DNA of 64,000 nt from Escherichia phage GEP001, in sequence record PV173775. One strand, 5' to 3'. Positions 9,201 to 19,621 of this stretch are shown one piece after another. A program made the translations under genes and the position numbers. The number at the start of each line of letters is the position of its first letter. The stretch's first letter is position 1. The notes beneath the pieces are model-generated. The model saw only the letters and a list, made by a program, of their open reading frames with translations. It ran no database searches and was not told where the DNA came from.

Positions 9201-10973
9201 TTAATTAACTCCTGTCGCGTCAAATACACCGGGAGCAGTTGTACTCGTAACAGGTGTCATATTATGAACGACAGTATTTTTCTTAATAACATTATTAGTA
9301 TTATTGATCGAAGGAGATGCTTGTTGAACAGGAGCTTGTTGTGCTTTGTTCTTTTCTATTACCTGGACTTGTTTTGCTTCTGGCGATTTAGCAGAAGTTT
9401 CAGGTTTGGCATTAGGCTGATTTTTCTTGAGCTCTTGATAAGTAGCATCAATTTTAGAAAATCTAGCAGCAAGTTCTTTTTTAACTGCCGGTGAATTATT
9501 TAAATCCGGGTCATCCATCCGTTTTTTAAGGTCTTCATAGGCAGCTTCAACTGATTTAACTGTTGAGTCTTTACTCATGTCAGCTGAATCAGCATATTTT
9601 TCAAAGCGAATCATCGCGGCGCGCGCTTCATTAGCCTTCATTAAAGCATTTTTTCTTTCTTCAGGTGAAAGTTGCTTTAATTTTTCTTCTTCTGCTGCAC
9701 GTTCTTCGTCGGTAGTTAGTGCTTCTTTATTATCAACTCCACGAATCCAGTTAGATGCACGAGTTTTCCAATTAGCAATTTTATCTAATCCTTTTGCTAT
9801 CGGACCAAGGTCTCCGTTCATTCGTTTATCTTGATAATTTGCAACTTTTTCCTGGTCTTCTTTATTGAGAGATGCTCCAGTAGAATTTTGGAAATTTTCT
9901 AGTGCTCTTCCTTCTACTTCATCAGCGGTATCCTTCATGCCAGGAATGACTCGAAGAATTGCAGCAGATAATTTAGCCATTCCAAGCTGAATAAGTTCTC
10001 CTAAATTATAAAGAACCTTTCCAAGCCCTTCTACAATAGCTACCGTCAAACCGCCCCAATCTCCCTCTTCCCAGAATTTTTTAATTTCATCAATAGAACT
10101 AAAGATGCTCTGTAATAAAGGACCCCATGTTCCGGTTTCGCTAGAGAATTTAGTAAAGTTTGAACTAAACAAATCCCAAGCCTGCGAAAATTTATCTGAC
10201 CAATATTTAAAGTGAACCATCAGCAGATCTATTCCAACAACAACAGCCAATATCATTGCAGTCATTTTAGCGGCTTCAATAGCAGCACTGACGGTGTACT
10301 TAAATAACATGCTTGATATTTTATCAGTAATTGAAATGGACTTCTTAAATCCAAAATCAACAGTCTTCGTTAATTTATCTAAAGCTTGAGATAATTTTAA
10401 GTTAAATGCGTCTTTTTTCTGTTTTTCTTCTGGTGATTCTTGTTTGGGTTCAACTGGCTGAGGGGTAGGGAAAAAATCAGCATCAGGATCATTATTAACT
10501 GCTTCAGGAGCCGGTAATAAAGGACCCACAGATTCAGCTGTATCATCCTCAACAACTTTAACAGGAATAGCGCTTTCAACCGTGGCTAAACTGGTTCCTG
10601 TTTGTTGAATTCCAGCTGTCTGAATTTTTTGCTCTAGTAAACTTGTTAATTTATCTAATTTGCTCCCGAGTGATTCACCGATTTCTTTATTAATATTGTT
10701 GCCAATTTCAACAGTTTCAGCAATTAACTCAGAACCGGCAGTAGTATCACTCACTGCGTTTTCTACGTTGTCAATTGCTCCAATTATTTCATTCGATTTT
10801 TCTTCGACAGTTTGAGCAATTAATTCAGAAGCAGCTTGAGCATCATCCAATTTCGTAGATATATCGTTAAGTCCAGATAAAGTGTTAGAAGCGGATTTAG
10901 CCGCTTCCTGTGTTGGTTTATTATCTGAAATAACTTTTCTACGCATCGTTTGCATTTCTTGTGGCTTTTTCAT
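9201..10973 (-). CDS. 29: baseplate hub / tail length determinator (T4 gp29)
   Basis: 590 aa, same as T4 gp29; synteny. Confidence 0.85.
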   Translation of the reverse strand: MKKPQEMQTMRRKVISDNKPTQEAAKSASNTLSGLNDISTKLDDAQAASELIAQTVEEKSNEIIGAIDNVENAVSDTTAGSELIAETVEIGNNINKEIGESLGSKLDKLTSLLEQKIQTAGIQQTGTSLATVESAIPVKVVEDDTAESVGPLLPAPEAVNNDPDADFFPTPQPVEPKQESPEEKQKKDAFNLKLSQALDKLTKTVDFGFKKSISITDKISSMLFKYTVSAAIEAAKMTAMILAVVVGIDLLMVHFKYWSDKFSQAWDLFSSNFTKFSSETGTWGPLLQSIFSSIDEIKKFWEEGDWGGLTVAIVEGLGKVLYNLGELIQLGMAKLSAAILRVIPGMKDTADEVEGRALENFQNSTGASLNKEDQEKVANYQDKRMNGDLGPIAKGLDKIANWKTRASNWIRGVDNKEALTTDEERAAEEEKLKQLSPEERKNALMKANEARAAMIRFEKYADSADMSKDSTVKSVEAAYEDLKKRMDDPDLNNSPAVKKELAARFSKIDATYQELKKNQPNAKPETSAKSPEAKQVQVIEKNKAQQAPVQQASPSINNTNNVIKKNTVVHNMTPVTSTTAPGVFDATGVN

Positions 10974-11503
10974 TCAAATAATCCAATAATATTGCCAATT
11001 CCGGTTATTGGACCATTAGGGCCAGGAATTGCTAAAGTTGTAAAAATATCATTTGCCCATTTTAAAACGAATGCTGGCATCTCAAGAAAATTAATTTCTT
11101 TAACTTCATCATTGACCTTAAGCAAGCATTTGGATAACATATCGCTCACAGTTAAAAATTGTTCAAATTTTCCAGGCGGTCTAAAATAAAATGTATTTCC
11201 TTGGTATTGAAATTCCAATCTTTGGCATACATAAACATCATTAATGTCATAAGTATAACCATCTATTTCTTTGCGAGATTTAATCTTTCCATTAAATTCC
11301 AATAAATGAATAGAAACGAAATCAACTTCTGCCGGTGATAAATTTGGACAAATAGAATCGATCAAAAGTTTTAAATTTTCATCAGGACCTTTAACATCTT
11401 TTAAAATGTTATAATGTTTAAGACCCATTTTAGGAATAGAAACTTCTTTATTGCTTATTGGAAGAACTACTTTCTTCAGTGGTAGTATCAGATTTAAATT
11501 CAT
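10970..11503 (-). CDS. 28: baseplate hub distal subunit (T4 gp28)
   Basis: 177 aa as in T4 gp28; overlaps gene 27 3' end. Confidence 0.8.
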   Translation of the reverse strand: MNLNLILPLKKVVLPISNKEVSIPKMGLKHYNILKDVKGPDENLKLLIDSICPNLSPAEVDFVSIHLLEFNGKIKSRKEIDGYTYDINDVYVCQRLEFQYQGNTFYFRPPGKFEQFLTVSDMLSKCLLKVNDEVKEINFLEMPAFVLKWANDIFTTLAIPGPNGPITGIGNIIGLFE

Positions 11504-12623
11504 TTTTAACCTTAACTGGGTCTATTGTTTCCAGTTTCGTTGCATTAGTGAACATATATAGATGAGTTACTGAATTATTATTGGATAATTCATGGATGAC
11601 TTCATCAACGTAAAATTCTGTTTTAAATTGGTTTTTACTATCATTAAAAATAATTTTAACGCCAGGTGTCAAGTTAAAATTACCGACAGTAGAACATTTA
11701 GCATAGCCATCGTATTGTGCCATAGTTTGAAGACGAATAGCTTCTTCATATCCATTCCTATAAGTCATTTCAGAATAAGCACCTGACCTTGACACTACAA
11801 TAGAGTTTTCGCCTTTTCCTGTAGTAATCATTGGCAATGAAGAATCTAAAAATGAATGCGCGTAGATAGTAGCGTTTTTCATTGGGTCGCGTTTGTGAGG
11901 ATTCGATTTAGTCAACCAAACGAAATCATACGCTAATGGATATTTTAATTCTTGGATGAATTGACCTATTAAAGATGGCTCACCGACAATCATTGGATAG
12001 GGTTCTTGATTTATCATCATATCATAGTCCATCATGTTAACTCCCATGATGTCTTGCCATACAAATACAAATTTGTCACTTCCTACAGCTAGAGCAACTT
12101 CTCTAACATATGACAAATAGTTTTCAAATGTGCTAGTCCACGGAATATCAGGAACATAAGCATTTATAGCATTTATTGCTGGAGTTAATAACGTGCGATC
12201 CTGATAAATGACACCAAGCATTTCCTTTATAGATTCACCTGCATCAGAGAAAAACGGTCTGCCAAATTTAAGATTTTCTATAGAATGAATAGTTCCCAAT
12301 TCAATAGCAATGATGTTATCACCCTTTGAATCTACTGACACGGAAAAATGCTTACATCCATAAATTCTTGTTTTAACATTATTAATATCGTTTGCATTAG
12401 CTACAGAAATCTGAATTATTTCATTTCCATCCATTTTTGTATGGATGTTTTTAGAATCATAAAACTGCAGCATTCCTTCATTTCGGCCATAAAGAGAATC
12501 CCGCATAGTTAATGTGGTAATAGTAGCAGCTAATTCAACAAATCTATTATTACTCCAAGCGTCGTAGCTATCAAACAATTTAACGCTGAGATTTGGATAT
12601 CCTGGGCGTTGCAACATACTCAT
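11448..12623 (-). CDS. 27: baseplate hub subunit (T4 gp27)
   Basis: 391 aa as in T4 gp27; synteny. Confidence 0.85.
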   Translation of the reverse strand: MSMLQRPGYPNLSVKLFDSYDAWSNNRFVELAATITTLTMRDSLYGRNEGMLQFYDSKNIHTKMDGNEIIQISVANANDINNVKTRIYGCKHFSVSVDSKGDNIIAIELGTIHSIENLKFGRPFFSDAGESIKEMLGVIYQDRTLLTPAINAINAYVPDIPWTSTFENYLSYVREVALAVGSDKFVFVWQDIMGVNMMDYDMMINQEPYPMIVGEPSLIGQFIQELKYPLAYDFVWLTKSNPHKRDPMKNATIYAHSFLDSSLPMITTGKGENSIVVSRSGAYSEMTYRNGYEEAIRLQTMAQYDGYAKCSTVGNFNLTPGVKIIFNDSKNQFKTEFYVDEVIHELSNNNSVTHLYMFTNATKLETIDPVKVKNEFKSDTTTEESSSSNKQ

Positions 12624-13372
12624 TATTGTTTATCCTTCTCAATCAGTTTTAATACGAATCCGCGCTCGGCAGGAATCATTTTCATTATTGAATTTAAACT
12701 ATAATTACTTTTTACGAGTGTGTGATTAATTTGATAAAAAGTAAATATCTCATCTGGGTTAACTAATAGCTTAAACACATCTACTATATCAGTGTATTTT
12801 TTTACATACTTATCACAGCATGACATGTGTAGCGTTAAATTAATAGGATTCATTGCATCGAGAATTTTTTCTAATGTTTCTATCTCGATGGCGTCAACAA
12901 GTTCTATTTGACTTGATTCACTAATTTCCTTCCAATCATACCATGTTTCATCTACTTGAACAGAATGAATATTTTCAGTAATCATCTTTGCTTTATTTTC
13001 ATAAAACTCAGAAGGAAACTTTAATTTAATTTTAACATTAGCTACATCAAAAACAGGTTCCTTTAGTTCTTTTTGATATATTTCAAATGGAACTGTCTTT
13101 TCTTTTTTACATTTTGGACATACAAATGTGACCGGTACTTTAGTTTTACCTATTGACCCTACAAATACCTGCAAAAATATAAATGGTTGCCAAGTCTTCG
13201 GATAGTCTCCAAAATAATCAGCAATTAAATCAGCAATTATTTCTTTTTGTTCTTGTGGTGACCGATGTTCTATATCGTTTCGAACTAACAAAAAATCTCG
13301 ATAATCTTCTACCGTAAATGGTTTAAAACGATGAACACCATCTGGTAATTTACAACGAATAATGTTTGCCAT
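12623..13372 (-). CDS. 51: baseplate hub assembly catalyst (T4 gp51)
   Basis: 249 aa as in T4 gp51; divergent late promoter at 13390-13397. Confidence 0.85.
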   Translation of the reverse strand: MANIIRCKLPDGVHRFKPFTVEDYRDFLLVRNDIEHRSPQEQKEIIADLIADYFGDYPKTWQPFIFLQVFVGSIGKTKVPVTFVCPKCKKEKTVPFEIYQKELKEPVFDVANVKIKLKFPSEFYENKAKMITENIHSVQVDETWYDWKEISESSQIELVDAIEIETLEKILDAMNPINLTLHMSCCDKYVKKYTDIVDVFKLLVNPDEIFTFYQINHTLVKSNYSLNSIMKMIPAERGFVLKLIEKDKQ

Positions 13373-13389
13373 AGATGCTCCTTTTATTC

Positions 13390-13401
13390 TATTTATAAAT
13401 A
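13390..13401. promoter_or_regulatory. divergent overlapping late promoters for genes 51 (minus) and 26 (plus)
   Basis: TATTTATAAATA contains TATAAATA on both strands between divergently oriented late genes. Confidence 0.65.
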
Positions 13402-13422
13402 TGATAAATAAAGGAGCTAAAT

Positions 13423-14049
13423 ATGTATGAATACAAATTTGACGTGAGAGTTGGTTCTAAAATAATCAACTGTCGCGCATTTACTCTTAAAGAATATCTA
13501 GAACTTATTACTGCTAAAAAGAACGGTTCAGTAGAAGAGATCGTTAAAAAGCTAATCAAAGACTGTACAAATGCAAAAGATTTAAACCGTCAAGAATCAG
13601 AACTACTATTGATTCATTTATGGGCGCATTCTCTTGGAGAAGTTAATCACGAAAACTCCTGGAAGTGCACCTGTGGAACTGAAATACCAACCCATATAAA
13701 TCTATTACATACACAAATAGATGCACCAGAAGACCTCTGGTATACACTGGGTGACATTAAAATTAAGTTCCATTACCCTAAAATTTTTGATGATAAAAAC
13801 ATAGCCCACATGATAGTATCATGTATAGAAACAATTCATGCTAACGGTGAAAGCATTCCAATTGAAGACTTGAATGAAAAAGAGTTGGAAGATTTATATT
13901 CTATCATCACAGAGTCAGATATTGTAGCTATAAAAGATATGCTTTTAAAGCCTACTGTTTATTTGGCTGTTCCAATTAAATGTCCAGAGTGTGGAAAATC
14001 TCACGCTCATGTAATAAGAGGACTCAAAGAATTCTTTGAGCTATTGTAA
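13423..14049 (+). CDS. 26: baseplate hub subunit (T4 gp26)
   Basis: 208 aa as in T4 gp26; late promoter TATAAATA 13394-13401, SD AAGGAG. Confidence 0.85.
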   Translation: MYEYKFDVRVGSKIINCRAFTLKEYLELITAKKNGSVEEIVKKLIKDCTNAKDLNRQESELLLIHLWAHSLGEVNHENSWKCTCGTEIPTHINLLHTQIDAPEDLWYTLGDIKIKFHYPKIFDDKNIAHMIVSCIETIHANGESIPIEDLNEKELEDLYSIITESDIVAIKDMLLKPTVYLAVPIKCPECGKSHAHVIRGLKEFFELL

Positions 14050-14447
14050 TGGCAAATATTAATAAGCTTTATTCTGACATTGACCCGGAAATGAAAATGG
14101 ATTGGAACAAAGATGTTTCCAGATCACTTGGATTAAGGTCAATTAAAAACAGTCTTTTGGGAATTATTACAACAAGAAAAGGTTCAAGACCGTTTGACCC
14201 TGAATTTGGATGTGATTTATCAGACCAGCTTTTTGAAAATATGACTCCTCTTACTGCTGACACAGTTGAGCGTAACATCGAAAGCGCAGTAAGAAACTAC
14301 GAGCCACGTATTGATAAATTAGCAGTTAATGTAATACCAGTTTATGATGATTATACTTTGATAGTAGAAATACGCTTTTCGGTCATCGATAACCCTGATG
14401 ATATTGAGCAGATAAAACTACAACTAGCTTCCAGTAACAGAGTATAA
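14049..14447 (+). CDS. 25: baseplate wedge subunit (T4 gp25)
   Basis: 132 aa as in T4 gp25; start overlaps gene 26 stop. Confidence 0.85.
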   Translation: MANINKLYSDIDPEMKMDWNKDVSRSLGLRSIKNSLLGIITTRKGSRPFDPEFGCDLSDQLFENMTPLTADTVERNIESAVRNYEPRIDKLAVNVIPVYDDYTLIVEIRFSVIDNPDDIEQIKLQLASSNRV

Positions 14448-14473
14448 TGCTTCACGTATAAACGTGGTATAAT
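14448..14473 (+). promoter_or_regulatory. MotA-dependent middle promoter upstream of uvsY
   Basis: MotA box TGCTTCA (14448-14454), 13 nt spacer, -10 TATAAT (14468-14473). Confidence 0.6.
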
Positions 14474-14513
14474 GAATCTAAGTCCATCCAATAACAATTG
14501 AATAGAGAACAAT

Positions 14514-14927
14514 ATGAAATTAGAAGATCTTCAAGAAGAATTGAAGAAAGATGTGTTTATAGATTCGACTAAATTGCAGTATGAAGCAGCTAATAATGTG
14601 ATGTTATATAGTAAATGGCTTAATAAGCATTCAAGTATTAAAAAGGAAATGCTTAGAATTGAAGCACAGAAAAAAGTTGCTCTTAAAGCTAAATTAGACT
14701 ACTACTCGGGACGAGGAGATGGTGATGAATTTAGTATGGATCGTTATGAAAAATCAGAAATGAAGACAGTTCTATCAGCTGATAAGGACGTTTTAAAAGT
14801 TGATACTTCATTACAATATTGGGGAATTTTATTAGATTTCTGTAGCGGAGCTCTTGATGCTATTAAATCACGCGGATTTGCTATTAAGCATATTCAAGAC
14901 ATGCGAGCATTTGAGGCTGGAAAATAA
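14514..14927 (+). CDS. uvsY: recombination mediator UvsY
   Basis: 137 aa; N-terminus MKLEDLQEELKKDVFIDSTKLQYEAANN matches T4 UvsY as recalled; MotA-type middle promoter upstream. Confidence 0.9.
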   Translation: MKLEDLQEELKKDVFIDSTKLQYEAANNVMLYSKWLNKHSSIKKEMLRIEAQKKVALKAKLDYYSGRGDGDEFSMDRYEKSEMKTVLSADKDVLKVDTSLQYWGILLDFCSGALDAIKSRGFAIKHIQDMRAFEAGK

Positions 14928-15142
14928 TGAAATATAGCATTGATGATGCTTTTAATTATGAAGAAGAATTCGAAACGGAAATTCAATTCTTAATGAAAAA
15001 GTATAATCTCAAGCGTCAGGATATTCGTATCCTGGCCGACCACCCATGCGGTGAAGATGTACTTTATATTAAAGGAAAATTTGCCGGATATCTTGATGAA
15101 TATTTTTATTCTAAAGATATGGGCATTGATATGCGCATATGA
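14927..15142 (+). CDS. hypothetical protein (T4 uvsY.-1 position), 71 aa
   Basis: ORF coupled to uvsY stop (ATGA). Confidence 0.6.
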   Translation: MKYSIDDAFNYEEEFETEIQFLMKKYNLKRQDIRILADHPCGEDVLYIKGKFAGYLDEYFYSKDMGIDMRI

Positions 15143-15181
15143 GAGTTATATAAATAGATATATAATTTAGAGGAGACAATC

Positions 15182-15349
15182 ATGTCAGATAAGATTTGTG
15201 TTGTCTGTAAAACTCCAATCGATTCTGCATTGGTTGTTGAAACAGACAAAGGTCCTGTACATCCTGGGCCTTGCTATAATTACATTAAAGAACTACCAGT
15301 TTCAGAAAGTTCGGAAGAACAATTAAATGAAACTCAACTTTTGCTATAG
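15182..15349 (+). CDS. small Cys-rich protein, 55 aa (T4 uvsY.-2 position)
   Basis: ATG at 15182 with SD GAGGAG and late promoter TATAAATA at 15149-15156; C-x2-C ... C pattern (CVVCKTPIDS...GPCYNY); below ORF-track length cutoff. Confidence 0.5.
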   Translation: MSDKICVVCKTPIDSALVVETDKGPVHPGPCYNYIKELPVSESSEEQLNETQLLL

Positions 15350-15404
15350 TGTGACCTTTAGTCTATAGTTTTGGCCCTTCCTTTTTGGTTGGGCCTTTTT
15401 TAAT

Positions 15405-15647
15405 TTAAAAGCTTTCTTCTACTTCATCGTCTGAATCTTCTAATTCAGCTCTTTTTCCTGCCAAAGCATCTCTCACGGAGATGTCATCAGTATCTTTTAA
15501 TTCAGTTTCTTTAACTCTTTTCTTATAATAAGCTTCAAGTTCTTCTAGACCTTCTAATGTTTGGCAAGAGGCAATTTTACCCATAAATTCATCAATAGAA
15601 GCTTCATAAAGAAATTGTTTAAATTCTAGTAACATCTTTTTCTCCAA
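15405..15647 (-). CDS. UvsW.1-like small acidic protein, 80 aa
   Basis: ORF immediately downstream of uvsW on same strand, as T4 uvsW.1. Confidence 0.65.
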   Translation of the reverse strand: MEKKMLLEFKQFLYEASIDEFMGKIASCQTLEGLEELEAYYKKRVKETELKDTDDISVRDALAGKRAELEDSDDEVEESF

Positions 15648-15660
15648 AGGGCCGAAGCCC

Positions 15661-17172
15661 TTATAAATTAACTGTTTTCATTACGTAATTAAATTTTTCA
15701 TCTGCGTATCGCTGAATACGATCAATGCCGTGTTTTAAAAGATAGTTCAAATGAACATATTTCTTTTTCGTATTAGCAGATTTTGGCTTAACACCGCAAT
15801 CATCTATGAGGTCCCAGACCGTTGCAATTGTTTTAGAACCATGCTTACGTAATACACGACCTATTGTTTGCAATACAATAATTTTAGATTTAACACCGTG
15901 CGCTAAAACAACGTGATGCAGATTTTTAACTGAAATACCAGTAGAAAATACACCATAACTAGCTACTATAATTATTCCTTTACCGTTTTCAGCTAAGGTT
16001 TTCATTACGTTGCGTGTTTCAGTATCAACTTCCCCTGATACGTAATAAACTTTATCGTATTCATTTTTAATTAAATCGAAAATAGCTTTACCATGTGATA
16101 CATGCTTAAACATGACAAAAGTGTTTTCATCTTTTTGCGCAAGTTTAATAGCTAATTTAGCGATCCATTTATTTCTTTTACTGAGTCCAGTAATAATTTT
16201 TATTTCTTCTTGGTAAGTTTTTCCCTTTAATTTAGTAGTGAACTCATCAGGATAGCGAAGAAAAATACTATTAATTTTTAACTCAGTTACTTGTCCATCT
16301 TCCATTAATTTAGAAGTCGTTACTGGCTTAAATATTTCACCAAACATTCCAACATACTGCATGATATTAGCTTTGCCATCACGTAATGAACCTGATAGAC
16401 CAAATTTGAACATGCAGTTATTTAAACCTGATATGATAGATGAAATACTTTTTCCTGTGGCAAGATGGCATTCATCATTCATCATCATTCCAAACTGTGA
16501 GAACCATTCTTTTGGTTGTTTTACTACAGTTTGCCATGTACCAACAATTACCGGTGCATCATTTTTATATTTATCATCTTTTGATGCTCCACCACCGATT
16601 TTCTTTATCATTGCATGACTGAATAAACGATAGTCAACAAAGTCATCAGCCATCTGAGTTGTCAGAGCAGTTGTTGGAACAATGATAAGAATTTTACCTT
16701 CATAATTTTCCAAATAATAACGTGCAAGCAAAGCTTGAATTAAAGATTTACCTGCGGATGTTGGAAGATTAAGAATTCTACGACGATTAACTAATCCTTC
16801 GAACACTGCATCTTTTTGATACCAGTGTGGTTCAATTCTTTTATTTCCTGAATAGATTTCTAACTTAGAAAGCCATTCATCAAAATCTTTTCTTGATAAT
16901 TCTTCTTTTTCGTTAATTTGCGGGTCAATCCAAGCTTTATAGCCAAAGTTATCGCAGAACTTTTTAATTTGCCCAACTAAGCCGAATGGAAGAAGGCGAT
17001 TATAATCTAAAAGACGGATTCGTCCATCCCAGTGACCATATTTGTATTTCGGATTAAAACGATACCCATCAGCTTCAAAGCTAAAGAAATCACGGAGTTC
17101 ATGAAATGTACTTTCTTCACAATCAATTCTCACGTGACTAAAATCATAAAAATGTACTTTAATGTCAGTCAT
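15661..17172 (-). CDS. uvsW: UvsW SF2 DNA helicase
   Basis: 503 aa; Walker A LPTSAGKS and DExH-type box MMNDECHL; synteny with uvsY and inh. Confidence 0.9.
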   Translation of the reverse strand: MTDIKVHFYDFSHVRIDCEESTFHELRDFFSFEADGYRFNPKYKYGHWDGRIRLLDYNRLLPFGLVGQIKKFCDNFGYKAWIDPQINEKEELSRKDFDEWLSKLEIYSGNKRIEPHWYQKDAVFEGLVNRRRILNLPTSAGKSLIQALLARYYLENYEGKILIIVPTTALTTQMADDFVDYRLFSHAMIKKIGGGASKDDKYKNDAPVIVGTWQTVVKQPKEWFSQFGMMMNDECHLATGKSISSIISGLNNCMFKFGLSGSLRDGKANIMQYVGMFGEIFKPVTTSKLMEDGQVTELKINSIFLRYPDEFTTKLKGKTYQEEIKIITGLSKRNKWIAKLAIKLAQKDENTFVMFKHVSHGKAIFDLIKNEYDKVYYVSGEVDTETRNVMKTLAENGKGIIIVASYGVFSTGISVKNLHHVVLAHGVKSKIIVLQTIGRVLRKHGSKTIATVWDLIDDCGVKPKSANTKKKYVHLNYLLKHGIDRIQRYADEKFNYVMKTVNL

Positions 17173-17201
17173 GTCTAAATACCATGTAATAAATATATCT
17201 A

Positions 17202-17209
17202 TATTTATA
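17202..17209 (-). promoter_or_regulatory. late promoter for uvsW
   Basis: TATAAATA on minus strand about 30 nt upstream of uvsW ATG. Confidence 0.55.
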
Positions 17210-17222
17210 CTGAGGAAATATT

Positions 17223-17903
17223 ATGATAGATAAAGATTATATTGCAGAGCTGAAGGCTCTTGATGATAATAAAGAAGCTAAGGCTAAATTAGCTGAATAT
17301 GCTGAACAGTTTGGTATAAAGGTCAAAAAGAATAAATCTTTTGATAATATCGTTAATGATATTGAAGAAGCCCTCCAGAAGCTCGCTAGTGAACCTATGC
17401 CAGAGACTGATGGGTTATCTATTAAAGACTTAATTAATGCTGCTGATGCTGCAGAGGGATTAAAATATGACGATGAAGAAGTCAATCCAGAAGCAGCACT
17501 TCTGATTGATTCTCCGGTTAAATCTGATATTAAAATTGAAGTAGTAGAAACGGATAAAATTCCTGAAAATACCGATGTTTTGATTGAAGATACTCCTTTT
17601 GTTGAAGAAAAATTCGAACAGGCTGTAGCTGAGATTATTGAATCTGAAAAACCGTCTGTATTTACTCTTCCGGAAAACTTTAGTCCGAATCTTCAGCTGA
17701 TTGGGAAAAATCCAGGATTTTGTACTGTTCCTTGGTGGATTTACCAGTGGATTGCTGAAACTCCGGATTGGAAATCTCACCCAACTAGTTTTGAACACGC
17801 GTCAGCACACCAAACTTTATTTAGCTTAATTTACTACATTAACCGTGACGGATCAGTTTTAATTCGTGAAACACGCAACTCTTCTTTCGTAACATTAAAA
17901 TAA
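17223..17903 (+). CDS. inh: inhibitor of prohead protease (T4 Inh)
   Basis: 226 aa as T4 inh; adjacent to hoc. Confidence 0.75.
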   Translation: MIDKDYIAELKALDDNKEAKAKLAEYAEQFGIKVKKNKSFDNIVNDIEEALQKLASEPMPETDGLSIKDLINAADAAEGLKYDDEEVNPEAALLIDSPVKSDIKIEVVETDKIPENTDVLIEDTPFVEEKFEQAVAEIIESEKPSVFTLPENFSPNLQLIGKNPGFCTVPWWIYQWIAETPDWKSHPTSFEHASAHQTLFSLIYYINRDGSVLIRETRNSSFVTLK

Positions 17904-17912
17904 GGATAACTT

Positions 17913-19043
17913 ATGGCTTTTACAGTTGATATAACTCCTAAAACACCTACTGGAGTTATAGATCAGACTCAGCAGTTTACTGCTACACCCAGTGGTGAAA
18001 CTGGAGGTGGAACTATTACCTATGCTTGGACTGTAGATAATGTTCCACAAGATGGAGCTGAAGCAACTTTTAGTTATGTACTAAAAGGACCTGCCGGTCA
18101 AAAGACTATTAAAGTAGTTGCAACAAACACAGTTCCAGAAGCTGAGGCTGAAACAGCAGAAGCTTCTACAACTATCACAGTTCAAAATAAGACACAGACA
18201 ACTACCTTAGCTGTAACTCCTGCTAGTCCTGCTGCTGGAGTAATTGGAACTCCTGTTGAATTTACCGCTGCCTTAGCTTCTCAACCATCAGGTGCATCTG
18301 CTACGTATCAGTGGCATGTAGATGGTTCTCCTGTGAGCGAAGCAACTAGTGCTACATTCAATTACACTCCTACTACAAGCGGAGTTAAAAAAATTAAGTG
18401 TGTAGCCCAAGTAACAGCGACAGATTATGATGCAAAGGAAGTTACTTCTAATGAAGTATCATTGACGGTTAATAAGAAGACAATGAATCCACAGATTGCA
18501 TTGACTCCTCCTTCTATTAACGTTCAGCAAGATGCTTCGGCTACATTTACTGCTAATGTTACTGGCGCACCTGACGCAGCACAAATTACTTACTCGTGGA
18601 AGAAAGATTCTTCTCCTGTAGAAGGGTCAACTAACGTATACACTGTTGATACATCATCTATTGGAAGCCAAACCATTGAAGTTACTGCAACTGTTACCGC
18701 CGCTGATTATGATAGCAAAACTATTACAGCAGAAGGCCAAGTTCAAGTGACTGATAAAGTTGCTCCGGAACCAGAAGGTGAATTACCTTATGTTCATCCT
18801 CTTCCACATCGTACTTCAGCTTATATCTGGTGCGGTTGGTGGGTTATGGATGAAATCCAAAAAATGACTGAAGAAGGTAAAGATTGGAAAACTGACGACC
18901 CAGATAGTAAGTACTACTTGCATCGTTACACTCTTCAGAAGATGATGAAAGACTATCCAGAAGTTGATGTTCAAGAATCGCGTAATGGATACATCATTCA
19001 TAAAACTGCTTTAGAAACTGGTATAATCTATACCTATCCATAA
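17913..19043 (+). CDS. hoc: highly immunogenic outer capsid protein Hoc
   Basis: 376 aa as T4 Hoc; Thr/Ala/Val-rich tandem Ig-like segments; terminator hairpin at 19048-19063. Confidence 0.85.
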   Translation: MAFTVDITPKTPTGVIDQTQQFTATPSGETGGGTITYAWTVDNVPQDGAEATFSYVLKGPAGQKTIKVVATNTVPEAEAETAEASTTITVQNKTQTTTLAVTPASPAAGVIGTPVEFTAALASQPSGASATYQWHVDGSPVSEATSATFNYTPTTSGVKKIKCVAQVTATDYDAKEVTSNEVSLTVNKKTMNPQIALTPPSINVQQDASATFTANVTGAPDAAQITYSWKKDSSPVEGSTNVYTVDTSSIGSQTIEVTATVTAADYDSKTITAEGQVQVTDKVAPEPEGELPYVHPLPHRTSAYIWCGWWVMDEIQKMTEEGKDWKTDDPDSKYYLHRYTLQKMMKDYPEVDVQESRNGYIIHKTALETGIIYTYP

Positions 19044-19047
19044 TCTC

Positions 19048-19075
19048 AGGGGCTTCGGCCCCTTTCTTCATTTTG
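19048..19075 (+). terminator. hairpin terminator after hoc
   Basis: AGGGGC-TTCG-GCCCCT then TTCTTCATTTT. Confidence 0.6.
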
Positions 19076-19131
19076 AAAGCACATAAAACACAATCAGAAA
19101 ACGATGTATATAATGGCACCAACTCGATAAC

Positions 19132-19347
19132 ATGAGATTGATTATGAGAACTGAGGTTGTGGTGTTTACACTCCATGAGTCTGGAAAGTCATTCATTGAA
19201 ATTGCTCGTGAATTGAACTTACAGGCAAAGGAAGTGGCTGTATTATGGGCTCGAGCTATGACTGCTAAGAATAAATTTGAGACTCGAGAAAAAGTTGTCT
19301 ATAGAAAAAGACATATTAATAAGAAGGTGAAAAATGGAACAGTATGA
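19132..19347 (+). CDS. hypothetical protein (T4 24.3 position), 71 aa
   Basis: ORF between hoc and rnlB. Confidence 0.5.
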   Translation: MRLIMRTEVVVFTLHESGKSFIEIARELNLQAKEVAVLWARAMTAKNKFETREKVVYRKRHINKKVKNGTV

Positions 19348-19612
19348 TCTTTATGAAAATGAATCTTTTGCTAATCAATTACGCGAAAAAGCACTTAAAA
19401 GCAAACAGTTTAAACTAGAGTGTTTTATTAAAGATTTTTCGGAACTTGCTAATAAAGCAGCTGAACAAGGTAAAACATATTTTAGTTATTATTGTACTGC
19501 TCGCGATAAATTGATTACTGAAGAAATTGGTGATTGGCTGAGAAAAGAAGGATTTAGCTTTAAAGTCAATAGTGATCAGCGTGATGGTGATTGGTTAGAA
19601 ATTACATTTTGA
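19334..19612 (+). CDS. hypothetical protein (T4 24.2 position), 92 aa
   Basis: ORF between hoc and rnlB. Confidence 0.55.
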   Translation: MEQYDLYENESFANQLREKALKSKQFKLECFIKDFSELANKAAEQGKTYFSYYCTARDKLITEEIGDWLRKEGFSFKVNSDQRDGDWLEITF

Positions 19613-19621
19613 GGATTAATT

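Noticed and set aside
15371-15400. Possible terminator GGCCC...GGGCC after the small Cys-rich ORF
   Set aside because: The stem is interrupted by a 14-nt loop; the T-run is present but the structure is weak, so it was left uncalled.
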